A DNA stretch of 32,932 nucleotides from Fidelibacterota bacterium (GTDB lineage: Bacteria; Fidelibacterota; Fidelibacteria; Fidelibacterales; DSDE01): the NCBI GenBank assembly GCA_011049095.1, contig DSDE01000470.1:1-32932 (forward strand). The letters run 5' to 3'. Positions 1 through 9,049 of the stretch are shown one piece after another. A model generated the notes under the pieces. That model had not been told where the DNA came from. It was given only the letters and a program-made list of their open reading frames with translations, and searched no databases. Numbering within the stretch: position 1 is the stretch's first letter; the number at the start of each line of letters is the position of its first letter. Both the position numbers and the translations under genes were made by a program.

Positions 1-322
1 AGCGGAGTCGAAGTGGTGCTTAATTTGGACCTGTCCGTCCTCTGACGGATCAAGCCAAATTAAGAAGAAAACGAATTATGAAATACAGGCATATTTTGGG
101 GATTAAACGGAGAATTCTTGAATCTAATCTGTTAACTCATTATAAACAATGTGCTGATATTTGCTTTTTAGATTATTTAGGACAGCAGTGGCTCAAAATT
201 TAAAATGACACAATTTTAGAATTGTCCACTTTGGGGATTTTTCCAAAAATATGAAAAGTGCAAAACCGGCGAAGAATATTCTAATTAACCATTGATATTA
301 TTGAGCTTGCGCCGTCTTTCTC

Positions 323-398
323 TGGTGGACCTGAGGGGATTCGAACCCCTGACCTCCTGGGTGCGATCCAGGCGCGCTCCCAACTGCGCCACAGGCCC
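323..398 (-). tRNA. tRNA-Ala (anticodon CGC), 76 nt, CCA encoded
   Basis: The reverse complement folds as GGGCCTG-TG-GCGC-AGTTGGGA-GCGC-G-CCTGG-ATCGCAC-CCAGG-AGGTC-AGGGG-TTCGAAT-CCCCT-CAGGTCC-A-CCA. This is a clean cloverleaf with the G3:U70 alanine identity pair, anticodon CGC in a 7-nt loop and a canonical T-loop. Confidence 0.92.
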
Positions 399-655
399 TG
401 GTCGGCGGCAAATATAGCATAATTTCCCCAGAAGCTGAAAACTAAAATTTACCAAAGCTAAGGAAAGCTTCCTCTCAAGTAAAGAAAGTTTCCAGCTTTC
501 CATGTGATTTATTATTCACAGTTCAATTTAGCACAGTGTTTTCAAAAGCTCGGGAAGATATATAGCCATAGAAAGATATCATCAAAGCGTCAAAAATTTC
601 TGTATAAATTCAAAAATATTCTTTCTGCCCTTATATCCTGTTAACTTGTGAAAGC

Positions 656-1723
656 TTACGGAATTAGAGCTTGCAACAACTGTGGTCTCCAAGATTCGGT
701 ATTGGCATTATAAGCCCCGAATCCACTGCAAAATTCCCAATAAGCCCAGCTCATATTCATCGATTCTGCTGTGTGGCGGACATATTGAGTCCACAATGCG
801 CGGCTCTCCATAGGAGCCCGATGATAAGCGCCAAATTCTCCCAAAAAGACGGGCAGATTTTGTTGGGCGGCCCAGTTTTTTACTTGAGAAAGGTCAGCGA
901 TGATGTTTTGTTGCTGCTGTGGTGTACCGCTCCAGGTAGTTCCCAGCCACGCTTCAGAACCTTCATTCCATCCTGCGCCCTGATGGGTAAATTGAAATGG
1001 CTCATAATAGTGAAAAGTGAAGATTATATTGTCTTCATCGTCTGGAATTTTGAGCTTATTCATCGCTGCAATGCCTCCCCATTCTGCCGTGCCAATGATG
1101 AGGGTGTGCACCGAATCAATGGCGCGAATGGTGTCAATGGCTTCTGCCAAAAGCTCATTCCAAAGCTCCGCCGTCAGATTATCATGGGGTTCATTGAGCA
1201 CTTCATAAAAAAGAGCAGTATCGCCATATTGAAATACTGTGGCAATTTGCTTCCAAATTTCCAGAAAGCGCTTCCGATGGGCTTCCGGCTCACTGAATAT
1301 TTCCACGTAATGATGAAAATCAATGATGGGAGCAAGACCGACTCTTTCAGACTGAGCCACTACCCATTGAACTCGGGTGAGAAATGATGGCTCGATGGTG
1401 TGTGGCGCAACGGGAAGCGCGTGGGCGCTCCAGCGAATGGGAACCCGTACCGCAGTGAAGCCGGCAGCAGCGATGCTATCGAAATAGTGGCTATGCAAAG
1501 TAACGCCCCATTCTCCCTCAGCAGGCGCTTCCAAGGCGTTACCCAAATTCATCGTGCGGCCTAAAAGCTCATTCCTGGCAAAGGGGTCTGCCTCTAGAAA
1601 TTGCTTATTTTCAGCAGGTTTTTTCTCATCAGGACAGGCCGCCGCCCAAAAAAGCGTCATTATTAGCAAGCAAAGAATTTTAACTGGTGATATTTGATTA
1701 AAAAATTTTGATTTAAGATTCAT
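656..1723 (-). CDS. GH5 family endoglucanase-like glycoside hydrolase, probable lipoprotein
   Basis: ORF 656..1795 trimmed to the ATG at 1721-1723, which is preceded by a GGAGAA SD. The N-terminus MNLKSKFFNQISPVKILCLLIMTLFWAAAC is a signal peptide plus lipobox-like Cys. GH5 hallmarks are VRVPIRW, the NEP acid/base in FYEVLNEPHD and the nucleophile context FLGEFGAY. Confidence 0.85.
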   Translation of the reverse strand: MNLKSKFFNQISPVKILCLLIMTLFWAAACPDEKKPAENKQFLEADPFARNELLGRTMNLGNALEAPAEGEWGVTLHSHYFDSIAAAGFTAVRVPIRWSAHALPVAPHTIEPSFLTRVQWVVAQSERVGLAPIIDFHHYVEIFSEPEAHRKRFLEIWKQIATVFQYGDTALFYEVLNEPHDNLTAELWNELLAEAIDTIRAIDSVHTLIIGTAEWGGIAAMNKLKIPDDEDNIIFTFHYYEPFQFTHQGAGWNEGSEAWLGTTWSGTPQQQQNIIADLSQVKNWAAQQNLPVFLGEFGAYHRAPMESRALWTQYVRHTAESMNMSWAYWEFCSGFGAYNANTESWRPQLLQALIP

Positions 1724-1803
1724 CTTTTCTCCATTTTCTATTCCCAAAGCCCAGCGATATGGGCTCCTTCGTCGCATTTCACAGGGTAACCTCAACCTTA
1801 ACC

Positions 1804-3654
1804 TTATTGCAAAAGCACCAATTTTTGGCTTGCACTTTTATTGTTGAGGGTGATTTTCAGGAGGTAGATACCTGATGCTATCCGCTGTCCTTTATTATTT
1901 TGTCCCTGCCACTCTAAATCGTAGCGTCCACTGTCGCGTTTTTCATTTGCTAATGTGGCAATTTTTTTCCCAGAGAGGTCAGTGATGAAGGCTTTAACTT
2001 GATGTTTGCCCTGAAGCACAATGGGTATTTTGATGATATTATTGAAAGGATTGGGATAGGCATCACCGATAAAGGCCGTGGGGAGGAGAGGCTTGAGAAT
2101 TTTCGTGCTGCTGACTGAAAAGTTGAGGCGATTAAAGTTAAAACCATTTTGGAGTATTCTCAGGGTAAGAATTTGTTCACCTTCACTGAGGCTGAGGTTT
2201 TCAATGCTGATAGTGTTCCAGTTTTGCCAGCCGCCGGTGGAAGGCAAAGATATTTCTCCCCCCAGAGGCTGATTATTAATGAGGAGCTGAATTTTTCCGT
2301 TATTACCCGGGGCTGCGAAGCGAAATTCGAGGCGATAGATACCAGAAATCTGCACATCTGCAGTGTAGTTTAGCCATTCGCCGGGTTCTGTCCAACCCAC
2401 ATTAAATGCAGCGCCGTTGGTATCGTTGCTTGCCTGAATATCTACACCATCGTTGCGATAGCTGTAGCCCAGATTCCAGGGCATATCCACATCCCACCGG
2501 GTCTTTTTGTATTCATTATCGCTGTAGGTCTGTTCATAAATACCCATATCATAATCCACCGCGTCAATGATTCCGGGGATAAGATGCTCTTTAAAGGGAA
2601 TGGGCTTATTGCCATATTCGGGATGGATCTGGGCATAGAGAATATCGGGGTGGAAGCTGCAATTTTCGGTTTTCAAGTTTTCGGCAAACTGAAAGAGCAG
2701 AGCTGTGGCCAGGTTTTCGTTGGGTTTTTGCCCTGTACCGTTCCAGTAATTGGTGAGCACATCAAATCCCTGGGGAAGGTTTGCTGACCAAGGTGAACTA
2801 ATGCTTTCAAATTTTTTGTGCGTCCAGGTGCACCAGCCAATATTGAGCTGCTCAGACATTCTCAAGGCCTCAAAATGCCAGTCATTGGAATTTTCGCCAG
2901 TTTCACCCAGCCAGAGGGGAATATTCCAGTCTTTACGAAGATTGACATACTGGCCAAAACTGCCTTCATTGGTTTCATTCCAATATTTATGAAATGAATA
3001 AACCATATTGGCATCAAAAGGCGGCGTGAGCTGATCAAAGTCTGTGGCGTACCAATTGCCTTCCACAAAAACAATGTGATTTTGGTCCACCTGCCGAATA
3101 GCGTTGGTGATATCCATCATCAGGCCTTTCAGATCAAGATTGCTGATACCTTCCGGCAGTACCGGCTCATTGATGAAATCATAGCCGATGATGAGGGTAT
3201 CCTGGGCATAATATGCAGCGATGGCTTGCCAGATTTCGATGGTAAACTGCTTGTATTTATTTTCCAGCCAGAGCCGTGCCGTGCCGTCGCTGTCGCTGAT
3301 AACGTCGAGAATCTGATTGCGAATTGAGCTGGGTGAACCAAAGCCGGGGAATTTAAGCATATAGCCCTCTGGCACCAGCCAGCCTCCCAGCCCGATTCCT
3401 CTGAGAAGGATGGGATTGTCCTGATTATCAAGAATCTCTTGACCTGATGTGCGGAAAAAGGCATTGAGGGCGCTGATAGTCAGAAAAAGAAGGATCGCGC
3501 TTCGGAGAAGAAGCGCTTTCACCTTTGGGGATAGGACACCAGACAAGGAGTGGGACTGGTGAGCTTTTTGATTTTGAAGCCGGTAAGATATGCCGACAGG
3601 TCTTTTTCGGGTACAGAGATTCTGCGCTTTTTCAATATTCGTATTAGAGCTCAT
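1804..3654 (-). CDS. GH5 glycoside hydrolase + CBM6-like carbohydrate-binding module + T9SS type-A C-terminal sorting domain
   Basis: GH5 motifs: LLRGIGLGGWLVPEGYM, acid/base in YDFINEPV, nucleophile in LWLGETGENS. The CBM6-like segment is DAVDYDMG...GWTEPGEWLNYTADVQISGIYRLEFRFAAPG...GGWQNWNT. The C-terminus AYPNPFNNIIKIPI...ITDLSGKKIA...IASGIYLLKITLNN...KLVLLQ matches the Por/T9SS sorting-tail pattern. The start is placed at the ATG at 3652-3654, which has an AGGAG SD 5 nt upstream. ATG 3679-3681 and an internal GTG just before the hydrophobic signal region are alternatives. Confidence 0.8.
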   Translation of the reverse strand: MSSNTNIEKAQNLCTRKRPVGISYRLQNQKAHQSHSLSGVLSPKVKALLLRSAILLFLTISALNAFFRTSGQEILDNQDNPILLRGIGLGGWLVPEGYMLKFPGFGSPSSIRNQILDVISDSDGTARLWLENKYKQFTIEIWQAIAAYYAQDTLIIGYDFINEPVLPEGISNLDLKGLMMDITNAIRQVDQNHIVFVEGNWYATDFDQLTPPFDANMVYSFHKYWNETNEGSFGQYVNLRKDWNIPLWLGETGENSNDWHFEALRMSEQLNIGWCTWTHKKFESISSPWSANLPQGFDVLTNYWNGTGQKPNENLATALLFQFAENLKTENCSFHPDILYAQIHPEYGNKPIPFKEHLIPGIIDAVDYDMGIYEQTYSDNEYKKTRWDVDMPWNLGYSYRNDGVDIQASNDTNGAAFNVGWTEPGEWLNYTADVQISGIYRLEFRFAAPGNNGKIQLLINNQPLGGEISLPSTGGWQNWNTISIENLSLSEGEQILTLRILQNGFNFNRLNFSVSSTKILKPLLPTAFIGDAYPNPFNNIIKIPIVLQGKHQVKAFITDLSGKKIATLANEKRDSGRYDLEWQGQNNKGQRIASGIYLLKITLNNKSASQKLVLLQ

Positions 3655-3689
3655 TAATACTCCTGACGCTTTTCTCTGCATATCTTAGA

Positions 3690-5927
3690 TTATTTTACGA
3701 TGAAGCCTTTGCTCAATTCGCCTATCATCACAGTAAAGTCTCCCGGCTCAGTGACTCGTTTCAGATCTCGGTTGATAAAGCTCAAATCTTCACTGTTTAG
3801 TGTAAATGTGACATCTTTGCTTTCGCCGGGCTGAAGCTCGATTTTTTTAAAGCCCTTGAGTTTACGAACTGATGGGGTTATGGAGGCCACCTCATCCCGG
3901 GTGTAGAGCTCTACGCTTTCTTTGCCGGCTTTCTTGCCGCTGTTTTTTATGGTCACTGTGATAGTAAGTGGTGTTTTTGGGGAAAGAATATCACTACTGA
4001 GGCGCAGATTGTCGTATTTAAAAGTGGTGTAGCTGAGGCCAAAGCCAAAGGGCCATTGTGGATTATACTGATTGGGTGGCGTGGCTTCACTGGTTTTGTG
4101 GTCATAGGTCATCAGGTCATTGACAAAGCGCGGATAAGTGAAAGGCAGTTTGCCACTGGGGTTCACATCGCCAAAAAGCACATCGGCTATGGCTATTGCA
4201 CCTTCCATTCCTGGCAGATAGGCCATGAGGATGGCATTGGCTTTCTCTTCGATGGGTCTTACGATGCGGGGACGGCCTTCTATCAGAACCATCACAATGG
4301 GTTTGCCTGTGGCAGCCAGTGCTTTAAAAAGTTCATACTGTACATCGGGAAGGCTCAGATCGTTGATATTGCCCGGTGTTTCACAGTAGGGCTCTTCACC
4401 GAGACAGACAACAATGGCATCAGCGTCTTTGGCTGCCTGTACAGCTTGTCTTATGTTGCCATTTTGATCAAAATCAGAACCCGGTGCATAAATAACATTC
4501 TTTTTGCCGATCTTTTTCTGAATGGCTTCCAGGACGGTGTATTTTTCCCGCGGGTAAAGTGCCTCTTGATCACCCTGCCAGGTAATAGTCCAGCCGCCGT
4601 TAAGAACCGAGATCTTGTTGGCTGTGGGACCTGTCACCAGCACTTTTTTGTCTTTTTTCAGCGGCAGTGTATTATTTTCATTTTTTAGAAGGGTCATCAC
4701 ATCCCGGGCTGCTTCCAGATTCACTTTCTGAGATTCTGTGGTGGCGATGCGGGCAATTAGTTTTGGGTCGGGAACGGCGCTTTTAAAAAGACCCAAACGG
4801 TATTTTACCTTTAGAATACGGGTAACGGCATCGTCAATGCGGCTCATAGGCACTTCACCGCTTTTTACCAAATCGATTAAATGGATGAAAAAGCTGTAAT
4901 CATAGGGCACCATACTCATGTCATTTCCTGCCAGTACGGCCATCTTGACCGCTTCACGCTGGTCTTTGGCCACCTTTTCCCGCTCGTAGAGATTATTGAT
5001 GTCATTCCAGTCCGTGACGATAAATCCTTCAAAACCCAGCTCATTTTTTAGCAGCTCAGTCAGATAAAAATAGCTGGCGTGAACGGGCTCGCCATTGATT
5101 TCGCTGCTATTGACCATTACCGTCAGTGCACCGGCATCAACAGCCGCAGCAAATGTTGGCAGAAATGTTTCCCTCAGCTCACGAATCGGAATCAAAGCCG
5201 GCGTGCGGTCTTTACCTGTGGTGGGGACGCTGTAGCCCAGATAATGTTTGGCGCAGGCAGCGACCCGGTTATCGGCTGAAACATCTTCGCCTTGCATATG
5301 TTCTACATAGATTCTGCCCATAGTTTTCGCCAAATAAGTGTCTTCGCCAAAGGTTTCCCACAGGCGGGGCCAGAGTGGATTGCGCCCCATTCCTAAAACT
5401 GGATTAAAATTCCAGGGAATGCCGGAAGCCCTGGTCTCCATAGCTGTGATGTCAGCGCTTTTTCGCAACAGATCAAGATTTCGGGAAGCTGCAATGGCAA
5501 TAGACTGGGGAAATAGTGTGGCGCCTGCAGTATAAGTCGCCCCATGAATAGCATCAATGCCATAAATAACGGGGATTTTGTTCTGAGTTTTCTGCACATT
5601 TGCATCAATAGCGCCAATAATTTCATGCCAATATTCAGGTGTGTGGGCCTTATCCCATACATTAAGGATGGATCCTACGTGATACTTTAAGATAGCTTCT
5701 TCCAGCTTTTCCGGGTCCAGTTGGTGATCTTGATGCGCGTTGCCGGTTTGCTTGCTTACCACCTGTATGGTCACCTGAGTCATCTGTCCGACCTTCTCTT
5801 CCAGGGTCATTTTTGATAAAAGCTCACGAACAAATTGGTCTTCTTCGCTTTTCTCTGCTTTATGGCCACACGCAAGGGATAGCAGCGTCACAGAAATTAG
5901 TACAGCAATTCCTTTCTTTCCTTTCAT
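3690..5927 (-). CDS. bglX: GH3 beta-glucosidase (BglX-like), probable lipoprotein
   Basis: ORF trimmed to the ATG at 5925-5927 (MKGKKGIAVLISVTLLSLACGHK, signal peptide + Cys). GH3 motifs are KMTLEEKVGQMTQ and the nucleophile context GFIVTDWND. Length and C-terminal region fit the GH3 N + C + Fn3-like architecture. Confidence 0.9.
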   Translation of the reverse strand: MKGKKGIAVLISVTLLSLACGHKAEKSEEDQFVRELLSKMTLEEKVGQMTQVTIQVVSKQTGNAHQDHQLDPEKLEEAILKYHVGSILNVWDKAHTPEYWHEIIGAIDANVQKTQNKIPVIYGIDAIHGATYTAGATLFPQSIAIAASRNLDLLRKSADITAMETRASGIPWNFNPVLGMGRNPLWPRLWETFGEDTYLAKTMGRIYVEHMQGEDVSADNRVAACAKHYLGYSVPTTGKDRTPALIPIRELRETFLPTFAAAVDAGALTVMVNSSEINGEPVHASYFYLTELLKNELGFEGFIVTDWNDINNLYEREKVAKDQREAVKMAVLAGNDMSMVPYDYSFFIHLIDLVKSGEVPMSRIDDAVTRILKVKYRLGLFKSAVPDPKLIARIATTESQKVNLEAARDVMTLLKNENNTLPLKKDKKVLVTGPTANKISVLNGGWTITWQGDQEALYPREKYTVLEAIQKKIGKKNVIYAPGSDFDQNGNIRQAVQAAKDADAIVVCLGEEPYCETPGNINDLSLPDVQYELFKALAATGKPIVMVLIEGRPRIVRPIEEKANAILMAYLPGMEGAIAIADVLFGDVNPSGKLPFTYPRFVNDLMTYDHKTSEATPPNQYNPQWPFGFGLSYTTFKYDNLRLSSDILSPKTPLTITVTIKNSGKKAGKESVELYTRDEVASITPSVRKLKGFKKIELQPGESKDVTFTLNSEDLSFINRDLKRVTEPGDFTVMIGELSKGFIVK

Positions 5928-6031
5928 CTCTTTCCTTTCCTTCGAATGGTTATTTTGCGTAATCAATTATTCTGAGTCATCCTCACTAGACAATTGCCTT
6001 TTATTCCAAATTCTTTCATTGTATAAATAAA

Positions 6032-6047
6032 GACAAGCGCCGTGCCA
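6032..6047 (-). promoter_or_regulatory. Candidate sigma54 (-24/-12) promoter for the GH3-GH5-GH5 operon
   Basis: The minus strand reads TGGCACG-GCGC-TTGTC against the consensus TGGCACG-N4-TTGCW. The -24 element and spacing are perfect, but the -12 element is TTGT rather than TTGC. It lies about 105 nt upstream of the GH3 start, in the correct orientation, next to a sigma54-activator gene. Confidence 0.35.
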
Positions 6048-6150
6048 TAAATATTTTTGTTTTCTGCCTTTCCCGAATATATATAAAGCAATAAATAGGA
6101 TTCTTTTGCCCAGGAATCGGCAATTATCTGTATATATTTAATAATTATGC

Positions 6151-6165
6151 TTATCAATTTGATAA
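6151..6165. promoter_or_regulatory. Perfect 7-1-7 palindrome TTATCAA-T-TTGATAA in the divergent promoter region (candidate activator or operator site)
   Basis: Read directly from the sequence. It lies about 105-120 bp upstream of the candidate -24 element on the GH3 side, a typical enhancer distance for sigma54 activators. It lies about 55-90 bp upstream of the possible starts of the sensor operon. Confidence 0.3.
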
Positions 6166-6252
6166 TAGTCAGAAAAGAGAAAAAGTTGTATTTTATGGTG
6201 AAAGGAAAACGTCGGAGAAGTGACGGTAAATAAAAAAGAAGAAAAGAATCCA

Positions 6253-7581
6253 ATGGTGCGAGAAGCACTAGAGCCGCTTGGGAATCGCTTCACAATCGTT
6301 TTCATTTTGGTTGTTACCGCGCTGATTATAACGTTTGTGATGTATATTTTGCCTCATCCGGCCAATGTATTTCAAAATGAAAAGCTTGTAAAACTTACCT
6401 ATGTGGACCATATTTCGCCGGCACATCAGCAGATTATAGATGATTTCAACCGGCAGCATAAGGGTAAAATTGAAGTTGTGCCTGTTAACTTGCCATTCTC
6501 AAAATTTACCACCAATGAGAGAAAGGAGCTTATAGCCCGGTCTTTGCGGAGCCACAGCAGCCGCATTGATATTTTTACGGTGGACCTTATCTGGGTGCCC
6601 CGCTTTGCCAAGTGGGCTGAGCCGCTGGACCGCTGGATTGAGCCAGTTCATTCAGGCAAAATTATGTCTCAGGCGCTGCAGAGCTGCTATCATAATAATC
6701 AGTTGGTTGGCTTGCCCCAATATCTGGATGTGGGAGCTATGTTTTTTCGGCGGGACCTTCTGGAAAAAATTCCTGATTCTCCTGAATTGATAAAAACATT
6801 ACGAAAAGGCATCAGTTGGGATGAGCTGCTGGCACTGAAAATCTATTTTCCCCAGAGCTATCTCTATAATTTTCAAGGGAAAGCCTACGAGGGATTGATG
6901 TGCAATTATGTTGAAATTATCCATAGCATGGGTGGCTATCTCCAGGAAGGAAAACACTTGGCGCTGAAGCATCCGATTCAGGAAGAAGCCCTGAGTTTTA
7001 TGAGGCAGCTAATCAAGGATCGTATTGTCCCTAAAGAGATAACAGGTTTTGATGAAAACCGCAGCTATGAATTTGCACTATTAAATGACATACCCTTTTT
7101 CCGGGGCTGGCCCAGTTTTCCAGAAGAATTTTTGAAAGATGCCCGCTTCAGTGCAAAAGTCCCTTTTCTGGAGCTGGCCCCGCTGCCACATTTTGAAGAA
7201 AAGACCTCCACATCAATCTTTGGCGGCTGGAATCTGATGATCAACCGTGATTGTAAAAATAAAGCAGAGGCGGTAACTTTTCTTAAATATATTACTGATT
7301 TGCCGGCTCAGCAGACACTATTTGTGAAGGGACGCTATCTGCCGGTAAATCGTGTTTTTTATGAGCGGGGCGGTGTTTCTATGGATAGCCGAAATGCTGA
7401 TGTGCTACTGCGTATGCTACAAAATGGCAGCTATCGACCCTCGTTGGAGGATTATACAAAAAACTCAGATATCATCAGCTTTTATCTTAATCGGGCGCTA
7501 AAGGGGGAGCTTGAGCCTTCTGAGGCCTTGGAGGGCGCTGAAAGCTTTATAAAAAGCGGGCAGGTGATTCCCTATCAATGA
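6253..7581 (+). CDS. Membrane-anchored extracellular solute-binding protein (sugar-type SBP family 1-like), orphan, likely sensory
   Basis: It has an N-terminal TM helix (FTIVFILVVTALIITFVMYIL) rather than a cleavable signal or lipobox. The SBP-like core is RIDIFTVDLIWVPRFAKWAEPLD ... FGGWNLMINRDCKNKAEAVTFLKY. No ABC permease or ATPase is present in the window. Its stop overlaps the kinase start (ATGA at 7578-7581). The start could be ATG 6253 or GTG 6220. Confidence 0.72.
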   Translation: MVREALEPLGNRFTIVFILVVTALIITFVMYILPHPANVFQNEKLVKLTYVDHISPAHQQIIDDFNRQHKGKIEVVPVNLPFSKFTTNERKELIARSLRSHSSRIDIFTVDLIWVPRFAKWAEPLDRWIEPVHSGKIMSQALQSCYHNNQLVGLPQYLDVGAMFFRRDLLEKIPDSPELIKTLRKGISWDELLALKIYFPQSYLYNFQGKAYEGLMCNYVEIIHSMGGYLQEGKHLALKHPIQEEALSFMRQLIKDRIVPKEITGFDENRSYEFALLNDIPFFRGWPSFPEEFLKDARFSAKVPFLELAPLPHFEEKTSTSIFGGWNLMINRDCKNKAEAVTFLKYITDLPAQQTLFVKGRYLPVNRVFYERGGVSMDSRNADVLLRMLQNGSYRPSLEDYTKNSDIISFYLNRALKGELEPSEALEGAESFIKSGQVIPYQ

Positions 7582-9038
7582 AGCGGCTCAAATCAAAAAT
7601 CGGTCAATATCATTTTGAATTGCGCCACTTGCTTGTGCTGGTGCTGGTTATCATCCTTTTTCAGATAATTCTCAGCTATATACATTCTATATCTGTACAG
7701 AATGTTATCTCTAAAACAATGGAGCTCTACCGGCAGGATTCGGCGGAGCGCATTGCCCATCAGACGGCTACAGCGCTGGAGGTTCTCCTGGACCAAAGTC
7801 TTTCCCAATCGGCGAACCGAACTCAGATTGTGCAGTCAATTAATATTATTCTCAGTCAGCAGCTCTTACAGAAAAATGTGGATGAAGTGGCGATTCTCGT
7901 AGAAAAAGAGCACGCTATACACATTCTCAATGATGGAGATACATTTTTTGATTACATTTTCCATCCGCATAAACCAATGCCCGCTATTCCGTCAGAATAT
8001 AAATCAATCGAGCGCTACTATTTGGAGAAGCGGGATGTGATTGTTCGTGATGAACAGATTATTACTCGTATTCAAGGCAGCCATGAATTTCATGTTCTTG
8101 TGCCTTTTGTGCCCAAGGGTGAATATATCGGCGCCCTATATATTAAAATGACACCTGATATTCGAGGTATTACAGAAGAAATATCCACCGTTTACAGCGA
8201 AAGCGGCGCCCTTTTTACGGCGCTGATTCTATTCGGCCTGCTGGCAATGTATTATATCAGCAGTTTTACTGTAAAAGAGCGGGACTATGCGATGACACTG
8301 CTTTTTCGGGAAAGAGAGGGGCAGATGCGGCAGCGGATTATTCACGAAAAGGAGAGTCAGTTTACCCGCCGTATCTATCATGCCCATCATAAAGCCGAAA
8401 AAATTATGGGTTTTATCAACGAAGAAATCCGAGCCCTCACGCGAGAAAATTTAGAAGCATTTAAATATAAAGTAAGCAAATATGCACGCTTTGTCAGTCG
8501 CGTCATATATGATATGAAAAGTGCAGACCCGCCTATTCACGCGATTCGCGGGCCAATGTTTCAGACGAATATCAATATGCTTATCAGTTTTTTAACAGAG
8601 CATATTTTCATGCGGGTTTTTGAGCAGCGGGCTACTTTTCGCTTTCAATTAGACCTGGATGCAAATTTCCCCATCGTTAATATCAATGAGTTTGTCATCT
8701 GGCAAATCTTGGAGCCGATTATTCAAAACAGTATTGATCATAACCCGCGTACAGAATTGTTAATTTCCATTAAAACTGATGCAGGCGCTGCTTGCGGGGC
8801 TGAGATAAGTATAGCTGATAATGGCCGAGGCATTGCGCCAGAGTTTTTAGAAAATGATCCCCAATCTGGCATTCAAAAACTTTTCAATGAGAATATTTCC
8901 AGCAAACCTAAGCCACAGGAAGCTGGCTATGGCTGTTATATTGCCTATGGGCTGGCTGCAAAACGCTGCGGATGGAAAATTAAGGCGCGAAACCTACCAG
9001 AAGGCGGCTGCCAGTTTATTATTTGTTTGTCTAAATAA
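7578..9038 (+). CDS. Sensor histidine kinase, two TM segments flanking a ~180-aa periplasmic domain, atypical dimerisation/His region
   Basis: TM1 is LLVLVLVIILFQIILSYI and TM2 is ALFTALILFGLLAMYYISSF. The HATPase_c motifs are an N-box (EPIIQNSIDHN), G1 (IADNGRGI) and G2-like (GYGCYIAYGLA). The putative phospho-acceptor region is His-rich (RRIYHAHHKAEKIMGFINEEIR) and does not match the classical HisKA H-box. Confidence 0.78.
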   Translation: MKRLKSKIGQYHFELRHLLVLVLVIILFQIILSYIHSISVQNVISKTMELYRQDSAERIAHQTATALEVLLDQSLSQSANRTQIVQSINIILSQQLLQKNVDEVAILVEKEHAIHILNDGDTFFDYIFHPHKPMPAIPSEYKSIERYYLEKRDVIVRDEQIITRIQGSHEFHVLVPFVPKGEYIGALYIKMTPDIRGITEEISTVYSESGALFTALILFGLLAMYYISSFTVKERDYAMTLLFREREGQMRQRIIHEKESQFTRRIYHAHHKAEKIMGFINEEIRALTRENLEAFKYKVSKYARFVSRVIYDMKSADPPIHAIRGPMFQTNINMLISFLTEHIFMRVFEQRATFRFQLDLDANFPIVNINEFVIWQILEPIIQNSIDHNPRTELLISIKTDAGAACGAEISIADNGRGIAPEFLENDPQSGIQKLFNENISSKPKPQEAGYGCYIAYGLAAKRCGWKIKARNLPEGGCQFIICLSK

Positions 9039-9049
9039 AGGAATTAAGC

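Noticed and set aside
78-203. 41-aa ORF (MKYRHILGIKRRILESNL...) downstream of the nested hairpin
   Set aside because: It has only a weak purine-rich upstream stretch and no recognisable motif, and it lies in AT-rich non-coding sequence. The evidence is too thin to call a gene.
285-503. 72-aa ORF on the minus strand
   Set aside because: It is read straight through the tRNA-Ala gene (323-398). The translation is low-complexity and Arg/Leu-rich, with no SD. It is an artefact of the tRNA sequence.
1-655. Possible genomic-island junction at the tRNA-Ala 3' end
   Set aside because: No integrase, no direct repeat of the tRNA 3' end seen elsewhere in the window, and no mobile-element genes. Non-coding flanks alone do not support an island.
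671-1387. 238-aa plus-strand ORF
   Set aside because: It is antisense to the well-supported GH5 gene and has no motifs or SD. It is a shadow ORF.
4056-4688. 210-aa plus-strand ORF
   Set aside because: It is antisense to the GH3 beta-glucosidase and is a shadow ORF. The same reasoning applies to the other short ORFs nested in 1804-5966.
5963-6268. 101-aa minus-strand ORF in the GH3 / sensor intergenic region
   Set aside because: The translation is AT-rich and Ile/Leu/Phe/Lys-dominated. It spans the divergent promoter region and runs into the start of the SBP gene. No SD.
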